From Calditrichia bacterium (GTDB lineage Bacteria; Calditrichota; Calditrichia; JAJRVZ01), in contig CAWCNS010000007.1 of assembly GCA_963796965.1 (NCBI GenBank), positions 1 through 64,000 of the forward strand: a stretch of 64,000 bases of DNA. The letters are read 5' to 3'. Of the stretch, positions 8,890 through 20,528 are shown in pieces; positions within the stretch are counted from its first letter, which is position 1; each line of letters opens with the position of its first letter. The notes under the pieces were generated by a model. It was not told the DNA's origin, searched no databases, and was given only the letters and a program-made list of their open reading frames with translations. The translations under genes were made by a program, and so were the position numbers.

Positions 8890-9783
8890 ATGAAGCACGG
8901 GATATTAATACTGTTAATTTTAATACTCACCAGTTTTACATCATGCCAAAAGACACATACAAGTGGCATGAAAATCATGACCTTTAATATCCGATACGGT
9001 ACAGCAACGGATGGTGAAAATTCATGGAAACACAGAAAACCTTTACTAATCGATTGTCTGAAAAAATATCAGCCAGACATCCTCGGTGTACAGGAAGCAC
9101 ATGATTATCAGGTCAATTTTATTAAATCTGCTTTCCCCAACTTTAAGGCATTTGGTGTGGGCCGGTATCACAGTGTTGAAGAGCCCGATCGCCCTCAAGA
9201 GAGTATGAAAGGAGAATCATGCACCATTTTCTATGATACAACAAAATTCATACAAATAAAGCAGGGTACATTCTGGCACAGTGACACACCGGATGAGCCA
9301 GCCAGCATAACGTGGGGTAATAAATATCCGAGAATTACCACGTGGGGCATACTGGAACAACGAAAAAACGCTAAACGATTCTTTGTTATGAATACGCATT
9401 TCAGCGGTGAAGAACCCTATGTAAGCAATACCGCAAACCTGAATATGCTTAAAAAGCGTGACCTTGCCGGATCACTGCCCAGCATTTTTATTGGTGATTT
9501 TAACCTGGCGCCGGAATCCGATGCCCACAAATTGTTCTGCGGCAAAACAGGCCCACCGGATATCCGCGGTAATTTTATTGACTGTTGGCAGGCGTGTGAA
9601 AAACCAGAGCAAAATGCGGGTACGGGCCATAGTTTTACTGGGACGAAATCTAATACGCGGATCGATTGGATCCTGGTGACGCCGGATTTTATTGTTGACA
9701 ATGTAGAAATTATTTATGATAATGAAAACGGACGTTATCCCAGTGACCATTACCCGGTTTTAGCAGAATTAAAATTAAAATAA
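8890..9783 (+). CDS. Endonuclease/exonuclease/phosphatase family lipoprotein
   Basis: Lipobox FTSC; motifs MTFNIR, GVQE, GDFN, RIDWI and SDHYPV. Confidence 0.9.
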   Translation: MKHGILILLILILTSFTSCQKTHTSGMKIMTFNIRYGTATDGENSWKHRKPLLIDCLKKYQPDILGVQEAHDYQVNFIKSAFPNFKAFGVGRYHSVEEPDRPQESMKGESCTIFYDTTKFIQIKQGTFWHSDTPDEPASITWGNKYPRITTWGILEQRKNAKRFFVMNTHFSGEEPYVSNTANLNMLKKRDLAGSLPSIFIGDFNLAPESDAHKLFCGKTGPPDIRGNFIDCWQACEKPEQNAGTGHSFTGTKSNTRIDWILVTPDFIVDNVEIIYDNENGRYPSDHYPVLAELKLK

Positions 9784-9792
9784 GGAATTTGT

Positions 9793-10041
9793 ATGAGTAT
9801 TATATTGCCCAAAGATAAAAAAATCCGGTTAATCGAATCGATCAAACATTATTTTGAAGAAAATATGGAGAGTGAGATTGGAGACTTAAAAGCGTCACTC
9901 CTTCTCGATTACTTCACTAAAGAAATTGGGCCTAGTATTTATAATCAAGCAATACTTGATGCCCAAACATTTATGTCAGACAAAGTAAATGATTTGGATA
10001 GTTCATGTTACCAGCCGGAATTCATGTATTGGCAAAAATAG
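9793..10041 (+). CDS. DUF2164-like small protein
   Basis: IGDLKASLLLDYFTKEIGPSIYNQAI matches the family pattern as recalled. Confidence 0.7.
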   Translation: MSIILPKDKKIRLIESIKHYFEENMESEIGDLKASLLLDYFTKEIGPSIYNQAILDAQTFMSDKVNDLDSSCYQPEFMYWQK

Positions 10042-10330
10042 GACAATGATAAGTCTTGAAGGTAACCAGTAAGAAACAGACAAGCGCCGCGGATCCGGCA
10101 CCTTTGAGCAGCTTGAACAGACTATGATAAAAATTCATGAATTGTCTGTTTTCTTTGGTTTGTCATTAACCCTTGTGAGAAATAATTATGCAACTATTAC
10201 GGCAGACGACTTTATCGGCAAATGTGCAAAATTGGGCTGCAAATTTTTTCTTTTTCTCGAATAACCGCCAACCCAAGAAGGCACGGAAAATTTGGTACTT
10301 ACCGAGAAACAAAGATCTCAGGTTAGAGGT

Positions 10331-11257
10331 ATGATGAAAGCAGTTATTTTTAAAAAATATGGACCTCCCGAGGTTCTCCAACTCCGGGATATGGAAAAAC
10401 CGGTTCCAAAGGAAAAGGAAGTATTAGTTAAAATTCATGCAACTACCGTAACGATAGGGGATGTTATTATTCGAAGCGGTAAACATCCGGATTCTACATT
10501 CTATTCGATCATGCTACATTTAGCGTTTGGTTTATTTAAACCAAGAAAACGAATACTAGGTATGGAGATCGCCGGGGAAATTGAAGCGTTAGGTAAGGAT
10601 GCAACATTATTTAAAGAAAAAGATCAGGTATTCGGTTCTACTTTCGGTATCAAGTTCGGCGGTTATGCTGAATACAAATGTTTTCCTGAAAATGGTGTCC
10701 TGGCAATCAAACCAGCAAATCTTAGCTACGAGGAAGCAGTCTACTGTTCCAGGTGGCGGATTGACGGCCTTGCAGTGTCTTAAAAAGGGAAAGATCAGCA
10801 AGGGAGATAAGGTCCTTATTAATGGAGCTTCCGGAGCGGTAGGTACCAATGCGGTGCAGTTGGCCAAGCATTTTGGGGCCATCGTTACTGGTGTCTGTAG
10901 CCATGGGAACATAGAATTGGTAAAATCTCTTGGAGCCGACTCGGTTATTGATTATACAAAGGAAGATTTCACGCAAGGCGGTAAGATGTATGATATTGTA
11001 TTTGATGCCGTAGTAAGGTACCTGCCTCTCAGGCTAAAAGGGCTCTTAAAAAAGAGGGCACTTATATAAATGTTTTATCCCATTCAGATGGTGGTGAAAC
11101 CCTGGATAACCTTAACTTCCTAAAGCAACTTATTGAGGATGAAAAACTAAAGCCCATCATTGACAGATCTTACTCTATGGAACAGATCGTAGAGGCACAT
11201 CACTATGTGCAAAAAGGGCATAAAAAGGGCAATGTGGTTGTATCGTTGTCCTTGTGA
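10331..11257 (+). CDS. NAD(P)-dependent MDR-family oxidoreductase (frameshifted)
   Basis: [31 protein letters not shown] and C-terminal GHKKGNVVV. Confidence 0.85.
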
Positions 11258-11641
11258 TTGTGTTCTTCTATGGCTATAAAAATTAGCCCGTTAAATGGAA
11301 GTTTTATAAGAAACTGGTTAAAAAACTGATAAAAAATTAAGTAGATCATTAACAACTTATAACAGAGGGGTAACTCGTGAATGTTGGTATCATCTCACAA
11401 ATCACCCTGATTCGGTAATGCCTGAGAAAGAAAAGGGGAGTGGTGTACTTTAGAATGTAGCAGGTCATTTATTCTATCTTTGGTTTATTGTGATATTTCA
11501 ATTACTCTCTTATATTTATCGCTTTTGTTCTAATTCTTAAACCGGCGACGGGTGTAGGATAATTTTTTTAAAAGATCTAAAAAAGTTGTATACCTGACCA
11601 TTATATGTGATATTATAACTTTATAGAAAAAAGAGGTCACT

Positions 11642-11980
11642 ATGGCGTCTGATCTAAATTATGTTGAATTTGTAGTTGATCAAATGGAAAATGCAGGTGA
11701 AATTAGATATAGAAAAATGTTCGGAGAATTTACCGTTTATTGTAACGAAAAAGTTGTGGCGCTTATTTGTGATAATCAGTTGTTTGTAAAACCCACAGAA
11801 GAAGGCAAGTCTTTTATTGGCTCTGTTGTTGAGTCACCTCCTTACCCGGGCGCTAAACCCTTTTTTCTGATTGAGGATCAGGTTGAAGACAAAGAATGGA
11901 TTAGCAGATTAATACACTTAACGGAAAATGAGCTACCGAGGCCTAAGCCAAAGAAAAAACGGGTTGCAAAAAAAAGATAG
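11642..11980 (+). CDS. TfoX N-terminal domain protein
   Basis: YRKMFGEF...ALICDNQLFVKPT...PPYPGAK. Confidence 0.85.
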   Translation: MASDLNYVEFVVDQMENAGEIRYRKMFGEFTVYCNEKVVALICDNQLFVKPTEEGKSFIGSVVESPPYPGAKPFFLIEDQVEDKEWISRLIHLTENELPRPKPKKKRVAKKR

Positions 11981-12193
11981 TTATATCCTTCTGCGAATCT
12001 TCATTAGGCATGCCATCATATCCCCTTCTGATATTTTTTCTGAACGGAATAATTACGCTGGTCAATAGGTTAATGGTTGTGTTATATACCGCTCATGCGG
12101 TGGATTGACCACAACAATTGCTGGCAACGGTTCATCGTTCCCGGGCATTGTGTTTAAAAGGCTATTTTTTAAAAAGATAAAAATTGGAGAATA

Positions 12194-13456
12194 ATGCAAT
12201 TTAAAGATTTGGAAATTATTGAACCTGTCTTAAGGGCCCTGAAAGACAATAATTATACCGAGCCCACGTCAATACAAAAAAAAGCTATTCCACTCATTTT
12301 AAGAAGAAATGATGTGTTGGGTAGCGCTCAAACCGGAACAGGTAAAACCGCTGCTTTTGCCATTCCTATTTTGCAGCATCTCTTTCTTGACCGTCAGTTA
12401 AAAAACCGTCCACGTAAAATTAAGTCACTCATTATCACACCTACCCGTGAATTGGCGATTCAGATTGGCGTCAGTTTTACCGTTTATGGCAAATTTACAG
12501 GAATTAAAAATACGGTTATATTCGGTGGTGTGAAGCAAGGTACACAAACAGAGGCCCTTCAAAAAGGTGTAGATATTCTTGTCGCCACACCCGGAAGACT
12601 TCTGGATTTAATGAATCAGGGTTTTGTTAACTTAAAGGATGTTGAATACTTCGTTTTGGACGAAGCCGACCGGATGCTTGATATGGGTTTTATTAACGAC
12701 ATTCGAAAGATCATCGCTAAACTACCGGTAAAACGGCAGTCTCTGTTTTTTTCAGCCACAATGCCGGATAATATTGTAGAACTATCGAGAAAAATTCTAA
12801 AAAATCCTAAGAAAGTTGACGTTAGTCCGGTTTCTTCAACAGCGGAAACCATACAACAGTATCTTTATTATACCAATAAATCACAAAAAAAAGATCTGTT
12901 GAACCATATACTTCAGGATCAAAAGATTGATCAGGCCTTGTTGTTTTCCAGAACAAAACATGGTGCTGACAGGATAGCCCGTGATCTGAAAAAACAAAAG
13001 ATCAAATCGGCCGCGATACATGGCGACAAAGCACAAAATAAAAGACAAAAAGTCCTGGCGCAATTTAAATCCGGAGAAATCAGGGTGTTAGTAGCCACGG
13101 ATATTGCCGCAAGAGGTATTGATATCGACAAACTTAAATATGTCATCAATTATGATATCCCAAATGTTGCCGAAACATACGTTCATCGGATTGGGAGATC
13201 AGGTAGAGCAGGGGAAGAGGGTAATGCCATATCCCTTTGCGAACCTGAAGAAAATGTTTTTGTTAAAGATATTGAAAAATTGATCAACCAGAGAATTGAA
13301 CGTGTTAAAGAAAATCCCTTTCCGCAGACAGATAAACCAATGACATCATCGGAAAAAAAGGATTGGGAAAAAGAGAAACAACAAAGAAAACAAGACTATT
13401 TTGCTACTAAAAAACAAAAGCCTGCCAGAGCAAAAACTTTTAAACGTTCCGGGTAA
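12194..13456 (+). CDS. rhlE: DEAD-box RNA helicase (RhlE-like)
   Basis: AQTGTGKT, PTRELA, DEAD, SAT, ARGID and HRIGRSGR. Confidence 0.9.
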   Translation: MQFKDLEIIEPVLRALKDNNYTEPTSIQKKAIPLILRRNDVLGSAQTGTGKTAAFAIPILQHLFLDRQLKNRPRKIKSLIITPTRELAIQIGVSFTVYGKFTGIKNTVIFGGVKQGTQTEALQKGVDILVATPGRLLDLMNQGFVNLKDVEYFVLDEADRMLDMGFINDIRKIIAKLPVKRQSLFFSATMPDNIVELSRKILKNPKKVDVSPVSSTAETIQQYLYYTNKSQKKDLLNHILQDQKIDQALLFSRTKHGADRIARDLKKQKIKSAAIHGDKAQNKRQKVLAQFKSGEIRVLVATDIAARGIDIDKLKYVINYDIPNVAETYVHRIGRSGRAGEEGNAISLCEPEENVFVKDIEKLINQRIERVKENPFPQTDKPMTSSEKKDWEKEKQQRKQDYFATKKQKPARAKTFKRSG

Positions 13457-13768
13457 AAGAAAATGATATGATGAATTTTAAAACTATTGCGGAATAAATA
13501 TCCGGAGAGGTCTCAGAGTACCGCAATAAAGAACCTTAGTTTTTCATATATTATCTTTTGATATTGTTACAGTTTTTATATATTTCATTAACTCCAAACC
13601 GATTAGATGTTCAATTGGGTAAATTTCTATTATCTAATATGTGAAATAAAATAGTAATATAAATTTTACATTATGGGTACCTGGCGGACAAAATAAGAAT
13701 ATGTACGAACCACCAGGTGCAGATATTAATTATTGAATGGTTTCTGTTTAATAAATAATGGATCTGTA

Positions 13769-16464
13769 ATGGAAAGATATCTAGTCATATTCTGCTTATT
13801 ATCATTATTTAGCCTATCCAATGCGCAACCACCTAAAATTGATATTTCATTCCGCGAAAATATGATCGTTCGTAAAGCAAAACAGTATCAGCAGATGATG
13901 TTGAGCGAGAGACAGAAGACTGCTAATCAGGGTGATTATGATGTTACATATTATTCACTTGATTTGACTCCTGACCCTCTGACCTCCATCCTCAATGGTA
14001 TCGTTGAAATTGTAGCTAAAGTAACGGCACCGACGCTGGATCGTGTCGAATTGAACTTCTGGGAAGGCATGTCCATAACGAGTATCCATCATTCCGGTGA
14101 CCCGGCTGTCGGTCTCAGTTCTGATATGAGTAATGATATTCTCACAATAGATCTGGGTAGAGTATATATACAGGGTGAACAAATAAGACTAACGGTAATC
14201 TATAAGGGCCGTCCGCAGGATTCTGAATATCAGTCTTTCCATTTTGATACCTATAATAATAAACCAATGATTTGGACGCTGAGTTCATCCGGTGGGGCAC
14301 GTTCATGGTGGCCTTGTAAAGACGTTCTCTCGGATAAGCCTGATTCTGTAGACATTCGGGTGACCGTTCCCAGCGAATTAATTGTCGCCTCCAATGGTTC
14401 ATTACGGCAAACGAACAGAGACGGAAACAAAACGACGTACTGGTGGCATGAAAAATATCCGATTGCCACCTATCTGGTCTCTTTGGCTATTCACCCCTAT
14501 GAAATGCATTATGATCAATATTTGTATAACAACGACCTCGATACCATGGCTATTCATTTTTATTCAGTTTTCCGGGTAACTATGAGGCAAATAATCGGAT
14601 AAATAATTTGGTAAAAGATATGATCGGTTGTTTTTCTGAATTGTTCGGAGAGTATCCATTTGTAGATGAAAAGTATGGTCAGGCAGATTTTTTATGGAGT
14701 GGTGGCATGGAGCACCAGACCTGCACAAGTTATGGCACTTGGAATGAAGGGCTTATTTGCCCATGAGATTGCGCATCAATGGTGGGGGGATATGATTACC
14801 TGTGAAACGTTATCATCATATCTGGTTGAATGAAGGATTTGCTTCCTACAGTGAGGCACTCTGGTTTGAATATGCTTATCCGCCTTTTACGGCAAGTGAA
14901 TATCAGATGATGTATCAATTATATTTGGGTCCGGGTACCGTATATGTGGAACATCCAGAATATGAAAATATTTTTGACAGTGGGCTTAGCTTATGTAAAA
15001 GGATCCTGGGTCCTGCATATGTTGCGTCATATCGTGGGTGATAATGTCTTTTTTAACATCATAAAAACCTATTATACATCGCCTGAACACAAATTCGGAA
15101 CTGCAACGACTGAGGAATTTCAAACTATCTGTGAACAGGTTTCGGGGATGGACCTGGATAAATTCTTTCACCAGTGGATCTATGAGGAGTACTTTCCTCG
15201 CTATTCCTATTCATGGGATTGGGTTCACAATGAATCAGGCTACGACATTAATTTGGAAATACAACAGGAACAGACAAATTATCTCTTTTGGATGCCAATA
15301 GACATTACAGTCACAACCACTGAGGGCGAAACACGATTTATTGTTTGGGATAGTCTGGCTTCACAATCCTTCCAATTGACGGTTTCTTCGGAGCCGGAAA
15401 ATTTAGAACTCGATAAGAATAATTGGATATTAAAACTCATGCCGGAAGATTTTCATGATCCAACCTTTGATCGGGGTATCTTATTGGTAAATGGTGTTTC
15501 CTTTGATACGTATGGCGATGAAATTCGGAATAGTTACGAAAACCAGGCATTTTGGGGTGATTTCCCAATCACGTTTTGGGATTGTTTTAATCCGCCTCAA
15601 GATGGTTATCCTTCAACCCTGCCAACGCCAATAGGTCACGGCAAAGTACCTGCGGAAGTACTCGGCCAATTTTCAACTGTTATCTGGATCGGCAATGATT
15701 ATGCAGGTGATCTTGGTTCCTGGCAGCAAACATCAATTTTACCCTACCTGGAAGCAGGTGGCAATCTATTGCTCTTGAGCCGTAAGGGACAGGTTTACCT
15801 CGATGTCGATTTGCAGGAATATCTTGGTATAACATGGGCTGAAGATCCACTATCGACAACCAACAATTGTAATGCTACATTTTTTGGCCTGAGAGATATG
15901 TCTTTAACCGGTGATCAGTCCTCAAATTCCTTGTTTGAAACAGGATTAAACAAAGATGGAAGTACACTTCTTTTCCAAGAGAATGCTTCTTTTAATCTGC
16001 CAAGGGGGCTTGGTGTCTGGCACAATCCGCCAACGGGAGGATCCTACCGCCCTGAAGGGGGCCAATTTGTCTTCATCAGCGGAAGACCGTATCGTTATAA
16101 TGCCGGGCACTTACGTGCTAATGTGGCATTCATTCTGAACTACCTGATGCATGAACCTACATTGCAGGGTGATGGATATCCAATCAGATTTAACCTTGAA
16201 CAGAATTATCCCAATCCTTTTAATACAACCACAACCATTAGATATTTTTTATACGATCCCACAGATATCACACTCAATATTTACAACATACAAGGAGAAT
16301 TGGTTGGTTCATTATTAGAAAAAGAATCCAATTTGGCAGGTTTTCACACTATTGTCTGGGATGGGAAAAATGACAAAGGAACACGGGTAAGCTCAGGAAT
16401 ATATTTCTATCAGCTGAATACAAAGGAGTCAGGTATGACAAAGAAAATGCTATTGTTGAAATAG
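13769..16464 (+). CDS. Secreted M1-family aminopeptidase with C-terminal FlgD-Ig/T9SS-like sorting domain (frameshifted)
   Basis: GGMEH at ~14701, AHEIAHQWWGD at ~14760, WLNEGFASY, YVKGSWVLHMLR and C-terminal QNYPNPFN...SSGIYFY...TKKMLLLK. Confidence 0.85.
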
Positions 16465-16701
16465 TATCATATGCTACTCGAGAAAATAAAAATTGACAGG
16501 ATAACCCCGAAGGGACAGGCAGGATATATAGGATTTCATTTTAGTATTTTTGATTTTGGATTGTGGATTTTGGAGCAACCAAACATCCTAAAATCCAAAT
16601 TCCAAATTCCGAATTCCGAATTCCAAAATATACTATCTTCTAAATCCTGTCCCTTCGGGGCGATCCTGTCTGAAAATATTTTTTGCAGTATCATATGATA
16701 C
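16463..16701. repeat. Palindromic intergenic element between convergent genes
   Basis: Near-perfect 25-bp IR (16495-16519/16646-16670), inner inverted heptamer runs, and outer AGTATCATATG direct repeats (16463, 16687). Confidence 0.75.
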
Positions 16702-16725
16702 CAAAAATAATAGTATTAAATAAAA

Positions 16726-19700
16726 TCAATCATTGGAAGCAATAAGAAAAAAGGGAATTTTACTTTTAAATCCATAATGGGTAACAAAGGCAATTTGCCC
16801 CTCAAGGGTAAGGGTTTTTTCCCTTACTGTTTCAGGTAACTGAACCACCAGGTCTTGCACAGATTCTGGTACCATATCAGATAATGTGATTGGTTCTAAC
16901 TGGATACCCGAAACTGCAAATGTGATTTCGATCTGGCGTAAAGTAAAGCGGCGCTTATTCCTCACCTGAACTATCACTTCTCTCTCTTCTCTCGTCTCTT
17001 TTCTGATAGAAACCTCCGCATCAGCCAATACATCAATAATCGCCTCATTGTAAATCTTATGCGTGTTATAACCGTCATCAAATATCCCCGGATGTGAGGT
17101 GGAATTACCCTTCATGTACTGAAAACCGCCGCACATTCCTTGTTCTAATCCCCAATCATACATGTCATACATGGCTTCTACACCGGTCGAATGGATGGCT
17201 CCGGCATATGAGTTGAATTCATTGTACATGACAGGAATATTGTTTTTACGGGCAATATCGATGCTGCGCTGGATGATGGGTTGTTTATCCGCAGCGGTCT
17301 GTCCGGCACCAAAATAATAGTTTATGCCCATGATATCCTGTCCAATAGCAAGGTCTTGTCCAAAGAGGTTAGAATAATGAACCGGTCTTTGATAGGGATC
17401 ATGGACTTTAAAAACTGGTTTGAGCGATAGAATAAAGTCCTCTTTTTCTCCCCCGATCTCATTGCATGAATTCCATAACAATACACCGGCTGTGTTTTTG
17501 TATCTTTCTACTAATAACCGACTGAGCTCACGCGCTGTTGTCAGGGGTGGGCCGGACTGCCGGGCAAAGATCTCTTCTGTAGGTGTACAGCTAAAGGGTC
17601 CCAGAACAGTATAGAACGAATTTAGTTCATAGGCTAAATCCATTTGCCAGAGGGGAGGGTAGTCACCACGCCAGGCATTAAATCCTAATTCACGCATGAT
17701 ACGCATCATCGAAGCCGTTCTTTCCGGACTTCTGCCATCAAGACCATGAACATTGACACCTTTTATCAGGAAAGGTTCACCGTTTACAAGGATATCCATT
17801 CCATCGACCTCTACCACTGTAGCAATAAGCCGTTCTGAATACGTGTATTCATCCATTTTGACAAGGATATCATAATAGCCGAACCACGGTTCTGCATTTA
17901 CCGTTAGAGAATTTGATCCGGATGCTTTGCCCACCAGGCGGTTGCCGGCAAAAACCGAGACCTCGGCCTGGTCATAAATACCCGCTATATGGACGGGTGT
18001 ATAAAACTTTCCCTCCTGTCGGACAACCATGTTTGCTTTAGACAGGGTGATATTCTCTTTATTGGGCAGATCTATCTTGATATTTCTTTTTACTTCTGTT
18101 ACAGTTGTATTCTTTTTTAATACCTGTAGTTCAAGGCCAATTTCTCCTGCCCATTTGGATGTCCAGTCGAAATCGACAGACATCAACTCTCTGGGCTTTA
18201 AGGATATTTGCTTAATATCCTGATAGACAATTTTATTTAATGCGGTCCTGACCCGAAATAAAATCCCTATATTCTGACTAATTGAATCCACATTGGCAAT
18301 GGAAACGGACTCGTGTCGCAAATCACCGGCTGCACCATCATCCGTAGATAAATCTCTAATCTCAAGCGGTGAGGATGAGACATAGTATTCTCCTGCGCAA
18401 AAACTTTGTCCGACACGTTCCGGCTGGGGACCGGGGGCATTACCCAGAATCAACCGTCCACCTGTATCCGGATCTATGACACTTATTAAAAGATAATGAT
18501 ATTCATCGAGAACGGCTGGCTGGGCTGGTGGTTTTTTACCCATCTCCGGATCTTCAGGTGAAATGGTTAGTTTTATTTGCTGCACATATGTTTTCCCCGG
18601 CTCCCATTTACTTGTTGGCGTCTCCGGACCCAAGGTGGATTTAGCCACAACCCTGTTCCCCAAAGGGCTAACAAGCCGAATCTTAAACTTATAATCTTTA
18701 TCAGGAACACCTCCTTCGACGTGCCAGGGTATGGTCAGATTATACGTTTGCCCCATAATCAGACTCTGGGCGGAACATTCCGCTTCTCCAAATGAAAGCT
18801 GATAGTCCATGTTATGGGCGTCTGAAACACCATGCTCCGGCTTGGTACCAACACCCCGGTTATCATTTTTATCCCACATTACCATGGAAAGATCAATATC
18901 TGACTTTAATTCGTTGAAAAATGTTTTCTTGTATCCCTTTAGTTCCCCCAGGGCTTCATCAACAAATCGAAAGGACATATCGGATCCTTCGATATTTCCC
19001 TCTTCAAAAAGAGCAATAGCATGGTCGAGATGTGCCTTTGCGGCATCATGAATCACTTTTATGGTTTTATAGGTCTTTGATCTTTTATCGATATCCGTCA
19101 GAGAATTGGAAAGCGTCTGAAGCATTTTATCCCGCTTGGTAAATCTTTCACGCATGCGTTTAACCGGAAGTACCATGACGGTTCTTTCGGATATAATAGT
19201 GCCTATTTGATCGGATACAATCACCTTAAGAGTGCCTTCTCCAGGCACATCGGCAAGGTGAACTTTAATATCGGATTCCCCACTATTGTCTGGATCAGTG
19301 GAAAGAGAAAGACTAAATTCGTTGCTACCCTCCGGGATTTTAATTTTTGCCTGTGATTCGCCCATTAATTATTATTGCTTAAAACCTTGGTATTCAGATT
19401 TTCCTCTATCATCTCAGAGCGATTTGTAAACAAAGTAAAGGCTATCTCGCGGGACTGGGTTATAGATATTAATGGGGCATGTAAGATAGTAGGGAGGCGT
19501 TTCAATCGTTATATCTTCCTTTTTGACGGCATAATAGGCGAGATTTATATTTCCGGAATTTATTCTAAATCCAAATCTTTCACCTGATGCGTTATATTCG
19601 CCTCCAGATGCCATTCTTCAGGTTCTCCCTTATGAGCCGGCCAGGTTTTGGCGCGAATAACATTTCCCTGGATATTGATTTTTTGCCAAATCCAGTTTGT

Positions 19701-20252
19701 CCGGTTCCAGGGATCGGTAACGACACCATCGCCACACCGTTCAACGATGTTGGTCTCTTTACCATCTGCATCAAAAATCCGGAGTTGAATTCCGCAATCA
19801 TTATCCTGTTCCAGCCAGACATGCGCCCGTTCTTCTTTAATATTATGCGCTCTGGAGATATCGGCATCATAATCCGATTTTACCATAATGATCCCATCAG
19901 CGTCCTGATCACGGGGTTCATTTTCCCGATAAAGGGCAACAAACGTCCCTTCAGATATTGTTTGTTCCTTGATCATTCCAAGAACAAGTGTACCTTCTAT
20001 ATGCAAAACTTCAGGACCGTATCCAGGCGGACAAGTTGGATCTGTTGTTGGGTAAATCTTTGCATCACCACGCCAGTCAAGGATGTCCCATTGTTCAAGG
20101 GTATTGCCATAATTTTTGGGATTTTGTGCAAAACAGATTGTTACTGAAAACAGCAAAATTAAGGACAAAAGAGAGGAGAAATTTAAAGATATATTCCATT
20201 TGAATATGGATTTACGTTTAGGATTGTCATCAGATGTATAGTGGCTTTTCAT
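16726..20252 (-). CDS. Large secreted glycoside hydrolase, GH2-like TIM barrel at the C-terminus (frameshifted)
   Basis: VNGEPFLIKGVNVH, GFNAWR, LWNSCNE (acid/base) and VMYNEF (nucleophile). ORFs 19560, 19414 and 16726 are contiguous. Confidence 0.7.
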
Positions 20253-20528
20253 GTTTATTACCTTTTTTTTATATCTGGCGTCAATTATAAAAGGGGTGTT
20301 TAATAATGTAAGTCTTCTGTAACGCTGAGAATGCTGTGCCTGCAAAGGAATATAATAATAAATAAATAATACAAAAGACAAAATAACAGTTTAAATATAT
20401 AATTACTGGTCAAGACAATACAAATTACTTATAAATATTTTGTATTTTGTATTTGCATTTTGTAATTTTTATTATTTGGTTCTGTGAGATGAAAATAGTT
20501 AGGTCACTAAGAAATATGAGTAAAATAG

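Noticed and set aside
11603..11615. 13-nt match (atatgtgatatta) to the predicted IS110 circle junction
   Set aside because: Very AT-rich with no flanking IS sequence, so chance cannot be excluded.
1..13460. Integron integrase or attI site
   Set aside because: No tyrosine recombinase motifs in any ORF in the window; if present, it lies outside.
16471..16698. 75-aa ORF and similar short ORFs over repeats or antisense to real genes (e.g. 1909-2559, 19587-20147, 48376-48615)
   Set aside because: They are translations of heptamer repeats or shadow frames of well-supported genes and have no recognisable motifs.
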